A stretch of DNA of 62,017 nucleotides, counting the filler, from Sphacelaria rigidula (taxonomy: Eukaryota), in the NCBI GenBank assembly GCA_964200075.2. It is 6 parts of 6 records of this genome, joined end to end, with 100 filler letters (N's around TTAATTAATTAA, not from the genome) between each part and the next. Parts side by side here need not be neighbours in the genome. Positions count along the whole stretch, not along the records: positions 10,356 to 20,609 come from CAXNAA020006852.1; positions 20,710 to 30,962 come from CAXNAA020006853.1; 4 more parts are not named here. The stretch is one strand, 5' to 3'. The position numbers were made by a program, and so were the translations under genes. Of this stretch, positions 12,877 through 26,056 are shown piece after piece. Under the pieces are notes generated by a model. That model saw only the letters and a program-made list of their open reading frames with translations. It made no database searches and was not told the origin of the DNA. Each line of letters begins with the position of its first letter. The first letter of the stretch is position 1.

Positions 12877-15800
12877 ACTTGGAGCTTCAGCCGTGAGGGC
12901 GATGGGCAAAAAGCAGGGCCTGTGATGATGAGTGTGACCACCCGCAGATGCGAGGCACCGCTACCCAGAACAGCATGTTTGCGAGACGAGGAACGTTTTT
13001 TAGTCCGAAACGCGCGGTGTTTTGCGATTTACATGAACAAGACAGTCGAATCGTCCGAAACAGCCGTCATTCCCCTCAAAGTCCATGATCTGACGGAAAC
13101 CTTTGTGCAACCAGACTTGAAACCGACGTGCGGGTCAGTACACAGTTACGACGGAAATGCCTCCAAGAGAAAAATTGCACCTTCCGGCTATATCTCATGG
13201 GAGGTGTCACCGATTTTAAATCCGATTGCGCCAAAATCCCCGTCAGATCACGGGGTTTCGGGAGGGTGACGGCGGTATGGAAATCACGGAAAACCTCCTG
13301 TTTCCGAAAACAAAAACATTTGTATCCTCACAATCATTTTTTTCGGTTGGAGTTTGAGGAAGGGGTGCGTACATCCGTGTTGCCGCGAAGGTGTTGTGAG
13401 GCCGGTTTGCCCACTCCTGTGCGTCCGCACTGTCTCACAGTCATGGTAGTTGCTGCTGTCATTAGAGTGGTGCTCTTGCAGGGGTGCACATATATTTTCT
13501 GGTATCCGAATTGTTGAGAACCTCCTATATTATCCAAAAAGCGACTTGTGAACTATGTGAGAGCATGCCACGATTAGCGTTGCAATTGGCTACAGATATA
13601 TCCCAAACAATTTTGAAAGCGGAAATGCTCTAACGCATATTCTCCTGTACTTCCTATTCCAGGAACCCCTGAATTGGAAACATTTTGACCAATATGTGCA
13701 AACCCCACCGTAGCGTAATTGTTTGCAAGAGAGGAGTGGCCAGTGAGCATTCGTTCGCACGCAGTGACCTCGAGTGGATCAGGAACATTATGTTCGCGAA
13801 TGCTATCCGCTGGTTATATGCGTGCGTTTTGTGTGAGAAACCGTCCCTGCATCCCCAAACACTCACGTTCGTCATACTGGCGTGAACGCTATTCAATGAC
13901 ATCAAACGGAATCATTGTTCCCATGTAGAACGTGGGGTTTGTGTACAAGTGCAGTAAAGGCCACACGACGAGCTCCTGCTGCGTGGTCTAGGTGGATGGT
14001 AGAGAGAGGGGGGGCGACAGGCAACATGAGTTAGTTGCTGCTTGGTCTAGGTGGGTGGTGGACGAGGGGAGCGCAAATATGTCAGAATAATAGATGTTAG
14101 CATTTGAGCGAACATGGAAGCTGGGCCGTACGTGCACCTCAGTTTCTTCGTACCCGAGTTTTTGTACCCGATTCTTTGTACCCAAAACTTTAGGGCTACC
14201 TTCGCGGTCTACCAACAGCCATTTATCCGCTGTACACACGGTATATATATATCTACTCCAAACTGTCTACATACCATGAACCATTGAGTAAGCCCTCTGC
14301 CCCCTGTGAGTGAGCGTGCCCCTTTGCGCTCACTCGGAATATGCGAAAAAATCGACGCCACTCGAAGAAGGAGATAACAGAGGGTCTTGGAAAATGGGGT
14401 TGAATGTTCCGAGGGGGCTGAACCGCTCCAAAATTCTAATCTTCACCCGAACAATTTTGCAAAAACAACGATTCGAGGATTCTAGTTGTCTGTTGAACTT
14501 CCCCTAACCTTCCCGGTCGCGAATTGTTGCCCCGGCGTCTAATACCATATGTATATCTTTTCGTACATTCGAAACAGCTCTTACCGAGAGAGAGGGGGAG
14601 CTTTCGCTGGTTTATATCGGGTGTCATTGGAGATTGTTCTGGTTTGTTTTCGAACGTCTCTCGAAATAGTAAAATAGGGAATACAAGAAACTGCCCCCGT
14701 TGTTGTTTCGGGAAAGAAATTCCATTGCTGGAACTTTTCGGGGGTGTATAAATGGAAATATTTATAGGTGGGAAATGTGGATCAAATGACTTTGGACACC
14801 GGAGCAACAATGCGCGACAAGGCAAGATAGGGGTAATTTTAACAGACAAATAAACCTTCAGGTGGTTGTTTTCGCATGTTGTTGGGGGGAAATATAATTT
14901 TTCGGAACGTTAATTCAGCCCTGTTTGAAAAAGCCAACGTCAGTTTCCGGGGGTCTCTGTTCAATGCACCACACACGTCAAGAAGCAATTCCATCGCCAT
15001 CTGCAGTTTGCCGACAATCCACCTGCGGACTTAAAAAACATGTACGTGAGGAGGCGAGAGTACAATGTACAGTTAACAATAGACAACGAAAAACGAAGAT
15101 GGTCCCTTCTTCTTTCAACTTTCATAGATGCTCCAAAAGGATGGAGCTATAGCATCCTGGCTTGGGGGCAGTAGAGGGGTGGCGGTCCCTACCCACCCAC
15201 CGCCTCCCTGACACAGGTTATATCGTAACGAAGTTGTTCGCGGTTATCGCGGTCTGTTGTGCTGTGGGTCAACATCGGTAATTTTCGAGAAAGTTGTCGA
15301 CCCGTTTTTCGGTGATGTAATCCGTGCAACACCAGTTTCTTCCAAATATCGCAATCTGCCGCCGCAGTTCCTTTCATTATTTCATTTCCGAGGCAAAGAT
15401 AAATGATGGATAAAAGATCATACCGAAAACCTTCGACTAGAGATTCGTCAGGACGCACCCAAACTCTCAGAGTTAGTTCGTCCCAATTTCTTCAGTCCAC
15501 AATGCAGCCGCAATTACTTTACTTAAAAATGGAATGCCCCATCTTTTTTTGTTTGCAATTGCCCGCGGCGGTGCAATACGTCGTTTCTTCGATGTTGACG
15601 ACCTCGCTTGAGTTCTTAGCCGAAACTTCATGTCATTCTTGAAGCGCGGTATGATGCGGTAGGCTAGCGTCTACACAAGCGCGCTGGCAAGATGGCAGGG
15701 CGGTTGGTCCCAATAATTTGGTAAATGTATTCGTCGTGTATTCGCAGCAGGTCAGCACCCCGAGCTCTTTATCTCACGTGATAGGTAAGTTGATACCCAT

Positions 15801-16343
15801 TTGATCCACACAAGACTATTCAATGGCACTCCTTATCGCTGTACTCGATGCTCTTCCACTCATTTCACCGACCTTTATAGCCTAACGTTGAATGCTTCCT
15901 CCGATGGTGGGTAAGTAAGCCGTAGTGGTAATTAATTAGTAGTTGCATTCTATTTATCATACCCATATTTGGTCTGATCAAGCCTGGTCAGACCTGCTGT
16001 CTTACAGTCTCGTAGCGCATCACATTTTGAATCAAGCGGATGCCAGGTCTACGAGATTGTGAAGGAATTGTAATAAGCGCCTTCCAACCTCATGACACTA
16101 GCCCATCCAGGCGAGCGTCAACGGCAGTTGCGATGAGTATTTTCGAAATGCGACATATGTTGACGCTTTTCTTTACTCGTGAAGTCATGGGTAGCACGAA
16201 AAGCAAACCAGAAGCGACCTTAGTACGTAGAAGCACAAGCTGCTGCTGCGAGCTAGCGAGGACTCAGACGGAGAAGCACAAAATGCTTTGATGCGCTAGA
16301 CAAGTGAAGAGGCAAACCAGGAATAGATGACAGCGAGCAAAAA

Positions 16344-16600
16344 CAGCCGATCATCGAAATTGAGGATGAAGCTTTTCATTGAGGATGAAAACCCGGAGGA
16401 TTCAAATATTCGTATCCACACCAAATCTTCGAAATACGATTCCATTCCCTCACATATTGGTAGCTGTTGATAACTGGTACACGACCTTCAAATGTGGATG
16501 TCGATAACTGGAATATTGGGGTCCTAGACGAAGATAAATATCTGGGGAACTCAGACGATCCTCGATGAAAAGCTCCATCCTCAATTTCGGTGATCGGCTG
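16344..16600. mobile_element. MITE family B (CAG...CTG TIRs), copy 1
   Basis: CAGCCGATCATCGAAATTGAGGATG ... CATCCTCAATTTCGGTGATCGGCTG; homologous copy at 23525-23810. Confidence 0.8.
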
Positions 16601-16983
16601 TCATAACGCCGACGTGGGTTATACCAGAGTCACCAAAGGGATAATCGCATGCGGCGAGCGCATGTTGAGCCAAACTGAGGAAGGCAAGGGAGCCAGCAAT
16701 GCAAGGAATCAAAAGGGTCCAGAGTCAGCCACACAAGCTAAGAGCGGAATGCTAAAGGTGCTCCGGGCAAGCTCCGTTCTTTGTCTCTGTGCGGTTCTCC
16801 GGATGAGCTCCATTCGTGGTGTGCTGTAGGTGTTGATGTTGTGGGAAATTATTTTCCCTGAGCGGTGGAAATAGGTGAAACGTTTTAAAATGACAGGGAA
16901 AGAGAACAGAGACAGCTATCACGGGTGAAAGGTAGGAGGTTGAGCGAGGGCTCAAAATGTTGCATTGATATAATGTGTGCGGT

Positions 16984-19910
16984 CTATATTGCGCTGAATT
17001 TCACGTCGGGGGGGCCTTTGGACTTGAGCCGCTGAAGGCACCAGATACCTCGTGGTGCGGATGGGCTGGTGGTATATAACTCTCGGCGGAGCTTGAACTG
17101 CGCCGGTTTAGGATCATCAATGAAATGCACGACGCATGTGTCGGTCGTAATCAGATCGGCGCTCTGGGTCTGGTCCAGCCAACAAAGTTTGTGGCTATCC
17201 TTTTAACATAAGTAGGGGCCTTCAGGAAGGACTCTGTAATGCGTGAGAGGACCGCGTGCTTAGAGGATCGCATCGGAATTTGAACATCCCTACGGTTAGG
17301 GTTAGTGTTGGGGTTATGGTCAGGGGCGTGGTACCTCCAGGGATTGACCCGATTGGTTTTGAAAAACGTCGATCCTGAGGTGTTTTGAACTATGGCGCGG
17401 TCTTCTAAGCACGCGGTCCTCTCACGCATTACAGACTCCCTGTTTTACGCGGACCATTTCTTTCCAATGGTTGGTGGGTACCAAGTCGTAACCATCGGCG
17501 ACAAAGCGCAAACCATTGTCACGGTGATTTTCGCAGGCTGCGGCACCGCAGCGAATGTTGCGGCATTTCTTGTTGGTAGCGAGATGTTGCTGCTGGGGTT
17601 GCGTACAGTATAAAAGGATAGCACGGCGGTGCAAATGAAGGTCAGATTCATGTTCCCAGGACGCTCCCCGAAGGCATCACCAGTGGGTCTAACACACGAC
17701 AGCAGTCGTACCTCCTCGACCGCGAGTGATCTGTTGGCCAGAAATATGGGACACGGCTAAGCAGAGAGTCTGTTTGGTCCCGTCATCGGTAGTAACGTGA
17801 TAAGGGGGTGACGTGGCAGAGTAGCTACTACGCACGTATTGTGTGAGACCGGCAGGCAGATATTTGGGCATGTCAATAGTGCCATGCGGATTTGTGCAGG
17901 GCTTGCATCAGTGTACAGAGACGCGAGATTTAGCGTCATGCACCTGAAGGTCGCGAGGGAGGTCAAGATAAAGAGGTTCGTCGCCAACAGTTTTCCATGA
18001 GGTGACAATGGCGAGGGCCCGGCTGTCAGTATCTTAAATGGTTCTGTCTCGTTGACGGCTCTGTTGGGGGCTTGGCAAATGGTCGACAAACTGCTGTAAA
18101 CCCAGACCCAGTCGCCAACCTCCCAGGTAGGGCGTTTGTACACCAAGTTGTAGACAGCAGTGTTGAATCTCTCAAGACGCGAGGTGTTGATAGCGTGTTG
18201 TTCACGCACAAAGGTAAACGTTGTGCGTTGTTGTGAACGCACTAGGTCATGGTAGAATATCTGACCCTGATCTAGATCTTGGTGGTTATCGAAGGTGTGT
18301 CGCTCAAACGCTGTGATGGGTAAGAGGAGGTAGCGTCCGAGATGCAGTTTGTTCGGAGAAAAGCCAGTAGCGGCGTTGACCGAGTCATTAGAAGACAGCT
18401 TGACGTGCGAAATATAGAGATCCTAATCATTTTGACGATCATTGACAACCACATATAGCATCTGGGCCACAGTGTGGTCAACTCTCTCACCACCACCATT
18501 ACCATTTAGGCGGCAAATGCTCATGGTAACCTTGCGAATGCCCAAGAGCTTATACAGTCCGTGCGAGAGGTCTGCGCAAAACTGCTGACAATTTTCGGAG
18601 AGCAGCCGTTTCGGACAACCACAGTGCTGAGTGAAGTCGTGAACTAGGACGTCAGCTGTACCTGCGGCTGTGAAGTCTCTGTCAGGAACTCCAACCAGCG
18701 TTGTACGCGCGGATTATGTTCGCCACCCTTGGAGAGTTGTTCGAGTGCTCCGTGATCTGCGCACGTGTGAAAAGACACGTGGAACACGTTTTGTCGAAGG
18801 CGCTCCATGGCCCAAGTGATGACCCGCCTTCCAGTTCCAGTGAACTCCAGTTGGACTTGTTTAGCAGGGTGGCGCGGCTAACATAAAGGATGAGTCAGAC
18901 AGAGCCATCAAGTTGAGGTTGGTTCAGCGCCGCGTCGAACCCGTCGGTGCTGGCGTCAGTGTGCAATTGGAAGAGGTGAAAGCCATCTTGTACTGCATCC
19001 CAGTCTGAAACCAGAAAAGCGATATTCGAGTAAGTGTTGTCTTCAACGAATCGCGAACGATAGTTCCCATTTCAGTGGTGAAGGCAAACGCGGCGCCTTT
19101 CTTGAGTAAGTCTGCGAGGGGGCGAATCTGCTTCGACAGAGATGTGGCAAAAACTTGCGACAGTAGAAGAGTCCGCCCAACAGTGAGCGAAGCTGGGAAA
19201 TGTTGGTGGGCATTGGAATTTCAGTCATTGCATTGTGACTTTGTTGGTTCCGCGTACAGCCCCCCCGGAGAAATTCAATAACCCAGGAAATCCAATTTGG
19301 TCGCGCCAAGGCGGGCTTTCGGTACGGATACTTTCAAATGGTGCGCTCGTAGGCGAGAACGAAATTCTCGCAAAGGGCATACATATGCAATAGGTGAGAC
19401 ATCGAAAGTGATAGCATTGTCCAAGTACATGATGACGTGCTCGACGCCTTCTGCGACGCGTTGCATGAAGCATTGCAAGCAACGTTGGGCAGTGGCGGCG
19501 CCTTGTGGCATACGAAGTCATTGATAGCGTCCGTAACATTCACAGAACATTGCCGATGTCACTGTGTCAGAGTGAATGGCATTCTGGAAAACTTCACAAG
19601 CGAGATCGAAGGTACTAAATTTGTTTCCTTCGCCTAAGGAGTCCAAGACTTCATCGATGTCAGCGCTCGGGAGTTTTCCCACGACAGTGACACGATTCAG
19701 CCGTTCTAATTCACGGTGCACCCGTGGACAGATTGCACCCTGTGAGGCGCACCGTGCAGGGTCCGTACAGGGTCCTCCACAGTCTTTGTGAAAAAACCCT
19801 GACGGTGAAAATCCAAACTGTACCCCTCGTAGCGTTTTGATAGGCTGTTCCCCAGGGTTGGGTTTACAGCCCTGTGTAGGCTTGTCGGCAAAGCCCTGCG
19901 CAGTCATGTA
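16984..19910 (-). mobile_element. Degenerate Ty3/gypsy pol (RT-RNaseH-INT-chromodomain-C-terminal extension)
   Basis: LPSADIDEVLDSLGEGNKFSTFDL; MPQGAA..MYLDN; MPTNISQLRSLLGGL; LHTDASTDGF; RPTWEVGDWVWVYS; chromodomain-like VSHISGQQITRGRGG...SWEHESDL; many stops and frameshifts; same lineage as 52408-62017. Confidence 0.9.
17229..17439. mobile_element. ~210-bp MITE inserted into the gypsy pol tail
   Basis: ~40-bp TIRs (TCTGTAATGCGTGAGAGGACCGCGTGCTTAGA / TCTAAGCACGCGGTCCTCTCACGCATTACAGA); pol-like reading continues on both sides. Confidence 0.85.
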
Positions 19911-20371
19911 GTAGTGTTCTGGTGGAAAACCCCTGATTCTGTTTTTGAAAAATCCGAATATTTTGGTAGAAAATCTGTAAATTTATATATTTTCAATAGC
20001 TTGTCGTCCTGTCTGAGGTGAATTTCTCTTCACCCGATTTGAATCGGGCAAAAAAATATTATTTCGGACAGCAGAAGAAGCTGTTCAAAATCGATATTTT
20101 TTCCGCCCATTTCCGAAATGAGCGAAAAGATTATCTATTTCGAACAGCTTTTTCTGCTGCGCAAATCCCATGCACACTGGCAGATTTGGAATTTGAACAG
20201 CAGAAGATGCTAGTGATAAATCTTCACTTTGCTCTCCAATTCATCTGGAGATTGGGGGAAAAGAGATTTATTGCGAGCAGCGTCAAACAGAGGATTCTAA
20301 AAAATGAGGTTCATCAATGAAATGAGGTTCGAACTCAAAACAGTACTTTGTCCACGCTTTCAGCGATGGTG

Positions 20372-20609
20372 CCCAATGACTTTTTTGTCGGCCTAATGCC
20401 CCTCGATCGCGTAGATAGTTCTTCAGCGCATTTTATCGACTCTGTGAGCTTACAGCGCTGTCCGAAACCGCCATTTCTACTTTTTTTTAGGGGGGGTGAT
20501 ATCAGGGAAAACATCAGTTTCGGTCAGCGCTGTAAGCTCACAGAGTCGGTAAAATGCGCTGAAAAAGTATCTACGCGATCGAGGGTCATTAGGCCGACGA
20601 AATCATGGG
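20372..20609. mobile_element. MITE with ~95-bp TIRs (CCCA...TGGG)
   Basis: GTCGGCCTAATG.CCCTCGATCGCGTAGATA...GTGAGCTTACAGCGCTG and its reverse complement at 20520-20609. Confidence 0.85.
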
Positions 20610-20709
20610 NNNNNNNNNNNNNNNNNNNNNNNNNNNNNNNNNNNNNNNNNNNNTTAATTAATTAANNNNNNNNNNNNNNNNNNNNNNNNNNNNNNNNNNN
20701 NNNNNNNNN
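20610..20709. other. Artificial contig linker 2
   Basis: Same N44-TTAATTAATTAA-N44 block. Confidence 0.97.
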
Positions 20710-21389
20710 ATTCGTTAGGTGCACCTAGCCACAGCTGCTCAACTGCTGCGGTCATTTGGGGGGGAAGATGGCTTCGCTAGGTCGCTCGTGTTTCGCGTCT
20801 TCCGTGCAAGAGAGAAAATGCAACTTCGACCCCATTTTAGAGATCAACCCCAAATTATAAAATCGGCTGTTAGCAGTTGCCGCTGTCTACCTAGTATGAT
20901 CCTTCAAATCGAAGTCTTGAGTGAGAACCCTCAGCGTTTGGTGCCCATGTACAAGGAAGGATGATCTTCATCCAGTATCATGCTCCAAAACGCACCTGAC
21001 AAAGGGGGCAACACCCCCGTACAGACAGTAGCAATGCTAGTGGATCCTACGTCCTGAGAGTCTGTGACAGTCTGGCAGCCGGCAAGGTGGTCATCGGAGT
21101 GTCCTTCTTTTAGCGATGTCAACTTACAGTGCACTGGAGCAGAGTCCGCAGGGTGAATATTTCGGCGATTGCGCCTCACCTACAGCTCGCCCAGATGTTG
21201 TGGTTTTTTTCTCGATATCACCGAGTAACATTATTACATACATGTACCGGTGGAAACATACTAGACTCTTCGTCACATTAAAAATCTAGAGTTACCAGAC
21301 CCTGCATTATATATGGAAATGTATCCAACCTTGGACAAGAGATTTCTACAGTCAGTTCGAACACGATGTTGGAAGCGTAATGCGTACAG

Positions 21390-21470
21390 TGTGCTGTGTG
21401 TGTTGTCGTCCCATCTATTCTGGACGCCCGTCTCCACCTTTCGGTATATGTGGGGGCACCAGCCGCGGCT
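21390..21470 (-). mobile_element. SINE/LINE 3' tail fragment
   Basis: GTGTGTTGTCGTCCCATCTATTCTGGACGCC is the reverse complement of the SINE tail at 1735-1770. Confidence 0.7.
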
Positions 21471-22349
21471 GTGTTACCCTTCAGCTTCGCCCAAGATACA
21501 GGCAGCCATTACAGCGGCGGAAGCGGGCTTTCGCTCCTGCATGCGCCACCTGGGGCAAACGCCCGCTGTAGCTGCAACACGGACAGCTTTACAAAATGTG
21601 ACGCACTGATATACTGTAGAGCGTCGCGTGATATCCTGCCTACGCGTTTGCCGCAGAGACAAGCGGGTGCATTCATGATGTGGCGAACTGCATGGGACAA
21701 GGCAAAATCAATGCAGACCGCCGAATGCGTCACGATGCGGTTGGTATACAGTAGTGTCGGCTCCACACCCGTAGGGTTACCTCTGCATTGAATTTAATGA
21801 AACACATTGAATTAAATTTCACGCCCAGACAGCGTTATTTTCGAGCAGCACGCGCGCTAGCGTTTTCCGTGTTGTCGACATCATGCCACCGCGCTTGTGC
21901 ACTAGAGCGCTGTACTCCCCTGTGGCAGCCCGTCACGGTAGTGCTCCTCATGTTTCATCACGCTTCATTCGAAAACACGCGGAAGAAATGCCAGCGAGTC
22001 CATCGTCGTTGCACTTGGATTGTGGTGAACCGGTTGTTTTTCGATAGAACCCCCGCATGCTGCGTGTTGTACCAAATAATAGTATACCGTACCAGTCCAA
22101 AAACGGATATGCATTATATATACTCTACCGAGATGCTCTGGTTATCATGAACTATGTAGGAGGCGCGGGAAGCGTAGTTTTCGTCAAGGAATACAAGGAC
22201 GCAATCATACAGCGATAAAGGCAGTGTGAAACACGCGATTTGAACGAGACACAAGACGAAGCATTTACATTTTGATAAATACCTGGGCGTTTTGTTACTG
22301 AAACGAGTCCACCAGTCCCTCCACTACCTACCCTACCAAGACAGCAAGG

Positions 22350-22612
22350 GTTGGACGAATCAATGATCCGTCCGGAAATCATTCGATTTCTAGTGTGATT
22401 GATTCGTACCGTACAAATCAATCCTTAGGCTTCGTTTTCAGCGTTGCAACCCGGGTACGCGTAGCCTAGGCACGCGGAATGGCGCAAAAGTTGCGGGGAG
22501 ACTTGTTCGACCAGCGCTCGACTTTTTTCTCTCTTTCGAGCAATCAGGTCTAAGAAATTGTGGATTTGGTGATTCGAATCGGCGTTGATTTGTCCGAACC
22601 GTGGAAGATGGA
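22350..22612 (-). repeat. Dispersed ~270-bp repeat family C, copy 1
   Basis: Reverse complement of the copies at 24849-25108 and 32827-33108 (GAATCACCAAATCCAC...CCACGTGCCTGG...GGGTTGCAACGCTGA...AAGGATTGATT). Confidence 0.8.
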
Positions 22613-23225
22613 TGCCACGTGTACATTACACAATGCGTTACGGTAAGATCTTTGCACTTTAGAGTAGAAGGGCCCAGCCGAGACCACTCCGGTTTCACCG
22701 CCGAAATCCGAGACGGCAACATCACGAACACCGAAATAAATTGAAATTGGAGGCGCCCTGGACACAAGACAATCTATGAGAATCTGCAGCTGGTCACGTG
22801 AAGTATCATTTCCTTGGGTACAGAAGGTCTCCCTGACATTTCAGCTCAAGAGCCGTCGAATCGGGCCGTGCGTGTGACTTTTTCCGTGGCGCTGCTGCAC
22901 CCCTATAAATCACGTGATGGGAGACCCCAATTATGGAGGTCATGAGTTCGAATCCCGACAGGTTCTCTTTTTTTCTTCGTCCGTTGTTGAGGCTATATAT
23001 TATGCAGTAATTCCGCGGCGGTGCCGTCTGTTACCAGGTTGGTCCGCACTTTACAGTGATGATATGCTTACATCGGGTTCATTCGGGAAACTAGGAAAGC
23101 TGTGGTGTGAGCAACTTTTAGCCGCTTTCAAGCTGGCCCAGCTCGCAGAGATTGTGAGTGAAGGGAAGGGGCAGGATAACACGAAGGAATTAGAGAGAAA
23201 ATAAACATCCTACTTACAACAGACA

Positions 23226-23513
23226 ACAGTGTTTTCGTGAGATTGGGAGTAGAGGATACGATGGAGAGTGAAAAGCGGTCACTTAGTGTATGAATCATTT
23301 CAGTTCCGAAATGCCCCTTCACGAGGCCCAATATGCTTCATGTAGTAGCTTGCCACTGAGGCCCCTAGAAGGGTATCGACGTGTAGCTGTGAGCTTACGC
23401 AAGTGATGGATGCAAAGAAAAGCACATACGGAATAAAAAATTAGCCAAGTTAAAGCGAGTGATCAAAGCCACTCTCAGTCACCGCTCTACTCTCAATCTC
23501 ACGAATACGTTGT
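23226..23513. mobile_element. MITE family D, copy 1
   Basis: TIR-like ends ACAGTGTTTTCGTGAGATTGGGAGTAGAG / CTCTACTCTCAATCTCACGAATACGTTGT; second copy at 23832-24109. Confidence 0.7.
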
Positions 23514-23524
23514 TAGACCTCAAA

Positions 23525-23810
23525 CAGCCAATCATCGACACTGAGGACGGAGCTTCCCACTGAGGATGAGACCCGGAGGATTAAAACTTTTGTACCCAAA
23601 CCCAATCTTCAAAACATGGTTCCATTTCTCCACCTACTGGTAGCTGTTGTAAACTACCACACACCCTGCAAATTTTTATTTCCATCACCGAAATATTGGG
23701 GTCCTAGGTGAAAAACCAATTTCGGGGAATTTCGGTGATCAAATCTGAGATTTTCATCCTCCGGGTTCTCATCCTCAAAAGAGCTCCATCCTCAGTGTCG
23801 ATGATCTGCG
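23525..23810. mobile_element. MITE family B, copy 2
   Basis: CAGCCAATCATCGACACTGAGGA ... TCCTCAGTGTCGATGAT; homologous to 16344-16600. Confidence 0.8.
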
Positions 23811-23831
23811 GTTCTCAGCCTACGTACTTTG

Positions 23832-24109
23832 ACAGTGTTTTCGTTAGAGTGAGAAGCAGTCAGTTAATGAATGAATAGATTCGGTTCCGAAATGCCCCTC
23901 CACGAAGCCCGATACGCATCCTGTGGGAGCTCGCCACTGAAGCCTTTTTTATTACTTTCATAAGTAGGATACCGACGTGCAGCTGTGAGCACACGCCAGT
24001 TTTACAGGCAAAGAAAAGCACACACAAAATGAAAAACTGGTCAAGTTAAAGCGCATGATAAAAACCGCTCTATATCAACGCTCCAGTCTCCATCTCACAA
24101 AAACATTCT
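23832..24109. mobile_element. MITE family D, copy 2
   Basis: Shares TTCCGAAATGCCCC, GCCACTGA, CGACGTG.AGCTGTGAGC and GCAAAGAAAAGCACA with 23226-23513. Confidence 0.7.
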
Positions 24110-24848
24110 TCTATGTCGGTTCGGGAAAGACACGGGTGAAGTGCGCAGTTGCCAGAGCTGCGCGTACTTACTTACCGCAGCGAGGGGCAGGGTATGTGAC
24201 GGTACATTCGCGACTCGGCTATCTGGACACGGTACTGCTAGAAGGCTGCCACTCTCAGCCGCACTCTGCAGGGATAGATAGAAGATTATACTTGAAACAA
24301 ACACCAACACAAACACCACAGGCTCAGAGAAGGCGTACAAACACTGCGACCTTCATCAACGCCAAGCATTGGATCAGCGCTCTCCTCCGACCCGTCAATT
24401 TCCATGAGCGAAATACATGCGGCAACATGCCCATCACGCAAGAAGTCACCAACAAACACTTGGCAAGGTGTAGGGATTTGAAGCTCCGGAAAGTAACCCC
24501 AGCTAAAAATGCAAAAACAACATTACATGCCCCAAATACCGCCGTCTGCACACAAAGTACAGCTCATGTACCGTACCCTTTATAATCCCCTTTGACCGAA
24601 AGCTATGTCTACAAACTGTGTATACGGCCGCTGTCCACCGCATGAGACGGCGGGACCTACCCATATCTACAAGCGTCGGTAACGGTGCATCGCTCGAGCG
24701 TGCATCATGCCCCAACGTACAGCTTGTCGACTAATTGCCGTGTGGCCTTGAATGCCTCTGCTGGGCTCATGTCCTCCACCGGAAGTTCCTGTTGAGTCAT
24801 CACCAACACGGGGAAAGTACAGACGCGACAGGATGACGGATGTGAGGG

Positions 24849-25108
24849 TGGAACATTTCAACGTTCGGACGAATCATCATCGATTTGAATCACCAAATCC
24901 ACGATTTTTTAGAACTGATTACTCGAAAGGGAGAAGAGAAGAAAAAGTTGTCCGCTGGTCGAAAAAGCCTCAGCGCAATTTTTGCGCTATTCCACGTGCC
25001 TGGAGTGTGCATACCTGGGTTGCAACGCTGAAAAGAAATCCCAAGGATTGATTCGTACGGAACGAATCAATGGCACTAAAATCAAGTGATTTCAAGACGA
25101 ATCATTAC
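24849..25108 (+). repeat. Dispersed repeat family C, copy 2
   Basis: Matches 32827-33108 and the reverse complement of 22350-22612. Confidence 0.8.
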
Positions 25109-26056
25109 TTTCTCTACAGTACTTCGACATCGCTGGAAAAGGCGGAGAGAAGTAATTTCCTTCAAACGGGAGAGGTGATACAGAAGACTACACAGCAGGC
25201 GAAGTATCAGGATGATTGACGAGTAGCTAGAACTTGGCCATCAACCCTTGGACGGCGGTGCGGGCAGTCCATCTGGATCACGCACACTTTTCTCAAGTGA
25301 ATCTCAATGCCGATTCGGCAGGTGACCTGCCCTCGCGGTCAAAGAGTCAAAAACATGAGCCTTGGAAGATTCCAAAATGTGATGCCCGAATAAGAACTCG
25401 ACACTATTGCAGAACCTATACGGGTTGAGCCCGCTAACCGTAATTCTTCAATGTTTTTGGGGCAGGCGGTGCTAAATTCAAGGAGTTACGCGCTGAAATT
25501 TTGATAAATTTCCATCATCAACACGCGCAACATTTCTCGGGATGCCAAGAAAAAGAAAAAAAACAGGAAGATGGAGCGTTTGAAGTATCAGCAAAAACTG
25601 GAAAAATGTCAATTAGCTCCGTCAAATTTCAGCAAAAATTGGGAAAACGTCATATTATCAGCTCCGTGAGAAAAAAAGGCAAACAGCGGAATCCACAGAA
25701 GATGTATGGAATTTCGGCCGCAGAGGAAATAAGAACTCGAGCTTCACGCCAAATAAGAGGTAATTGAGTGGTGGCGCCATAGCACCTGTACTCGAAAACT
25801 GATGTGCAGTACTACAACGCGTAGACGCCATCCTATCGTGGAATTTGTATTGTACAAACGTACTTCATGTATGCGCCAGTATGTACTTCAAACTGTCGAC
25901 CCCCTCGACCTCCTCAGGACGCGTCCGTGGTTCCAAGGGGTTTGTTAACCTTGTCTCTCCCGGTACACGGCTTCCACTATCTTATCGGGCATCGGAGAGA
26001 CACTCCCGCCATCGCCACTGGTCGACTCCACTCGACTTCAATTATTTCACACGTCG

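Noticed and set aside
15189..15700. Protein-coding gene
   Set aside because: Protein-like stretch with stops, no recognisable family and no supported splice structure.
22885..22975. tRNA or Pol III gene (GAGTTCGAATCCCG followed by a T-run)
   Set aside because: Only a B-box-like motif; no convincing A box or cloverleaf, so at most a SINE relic.
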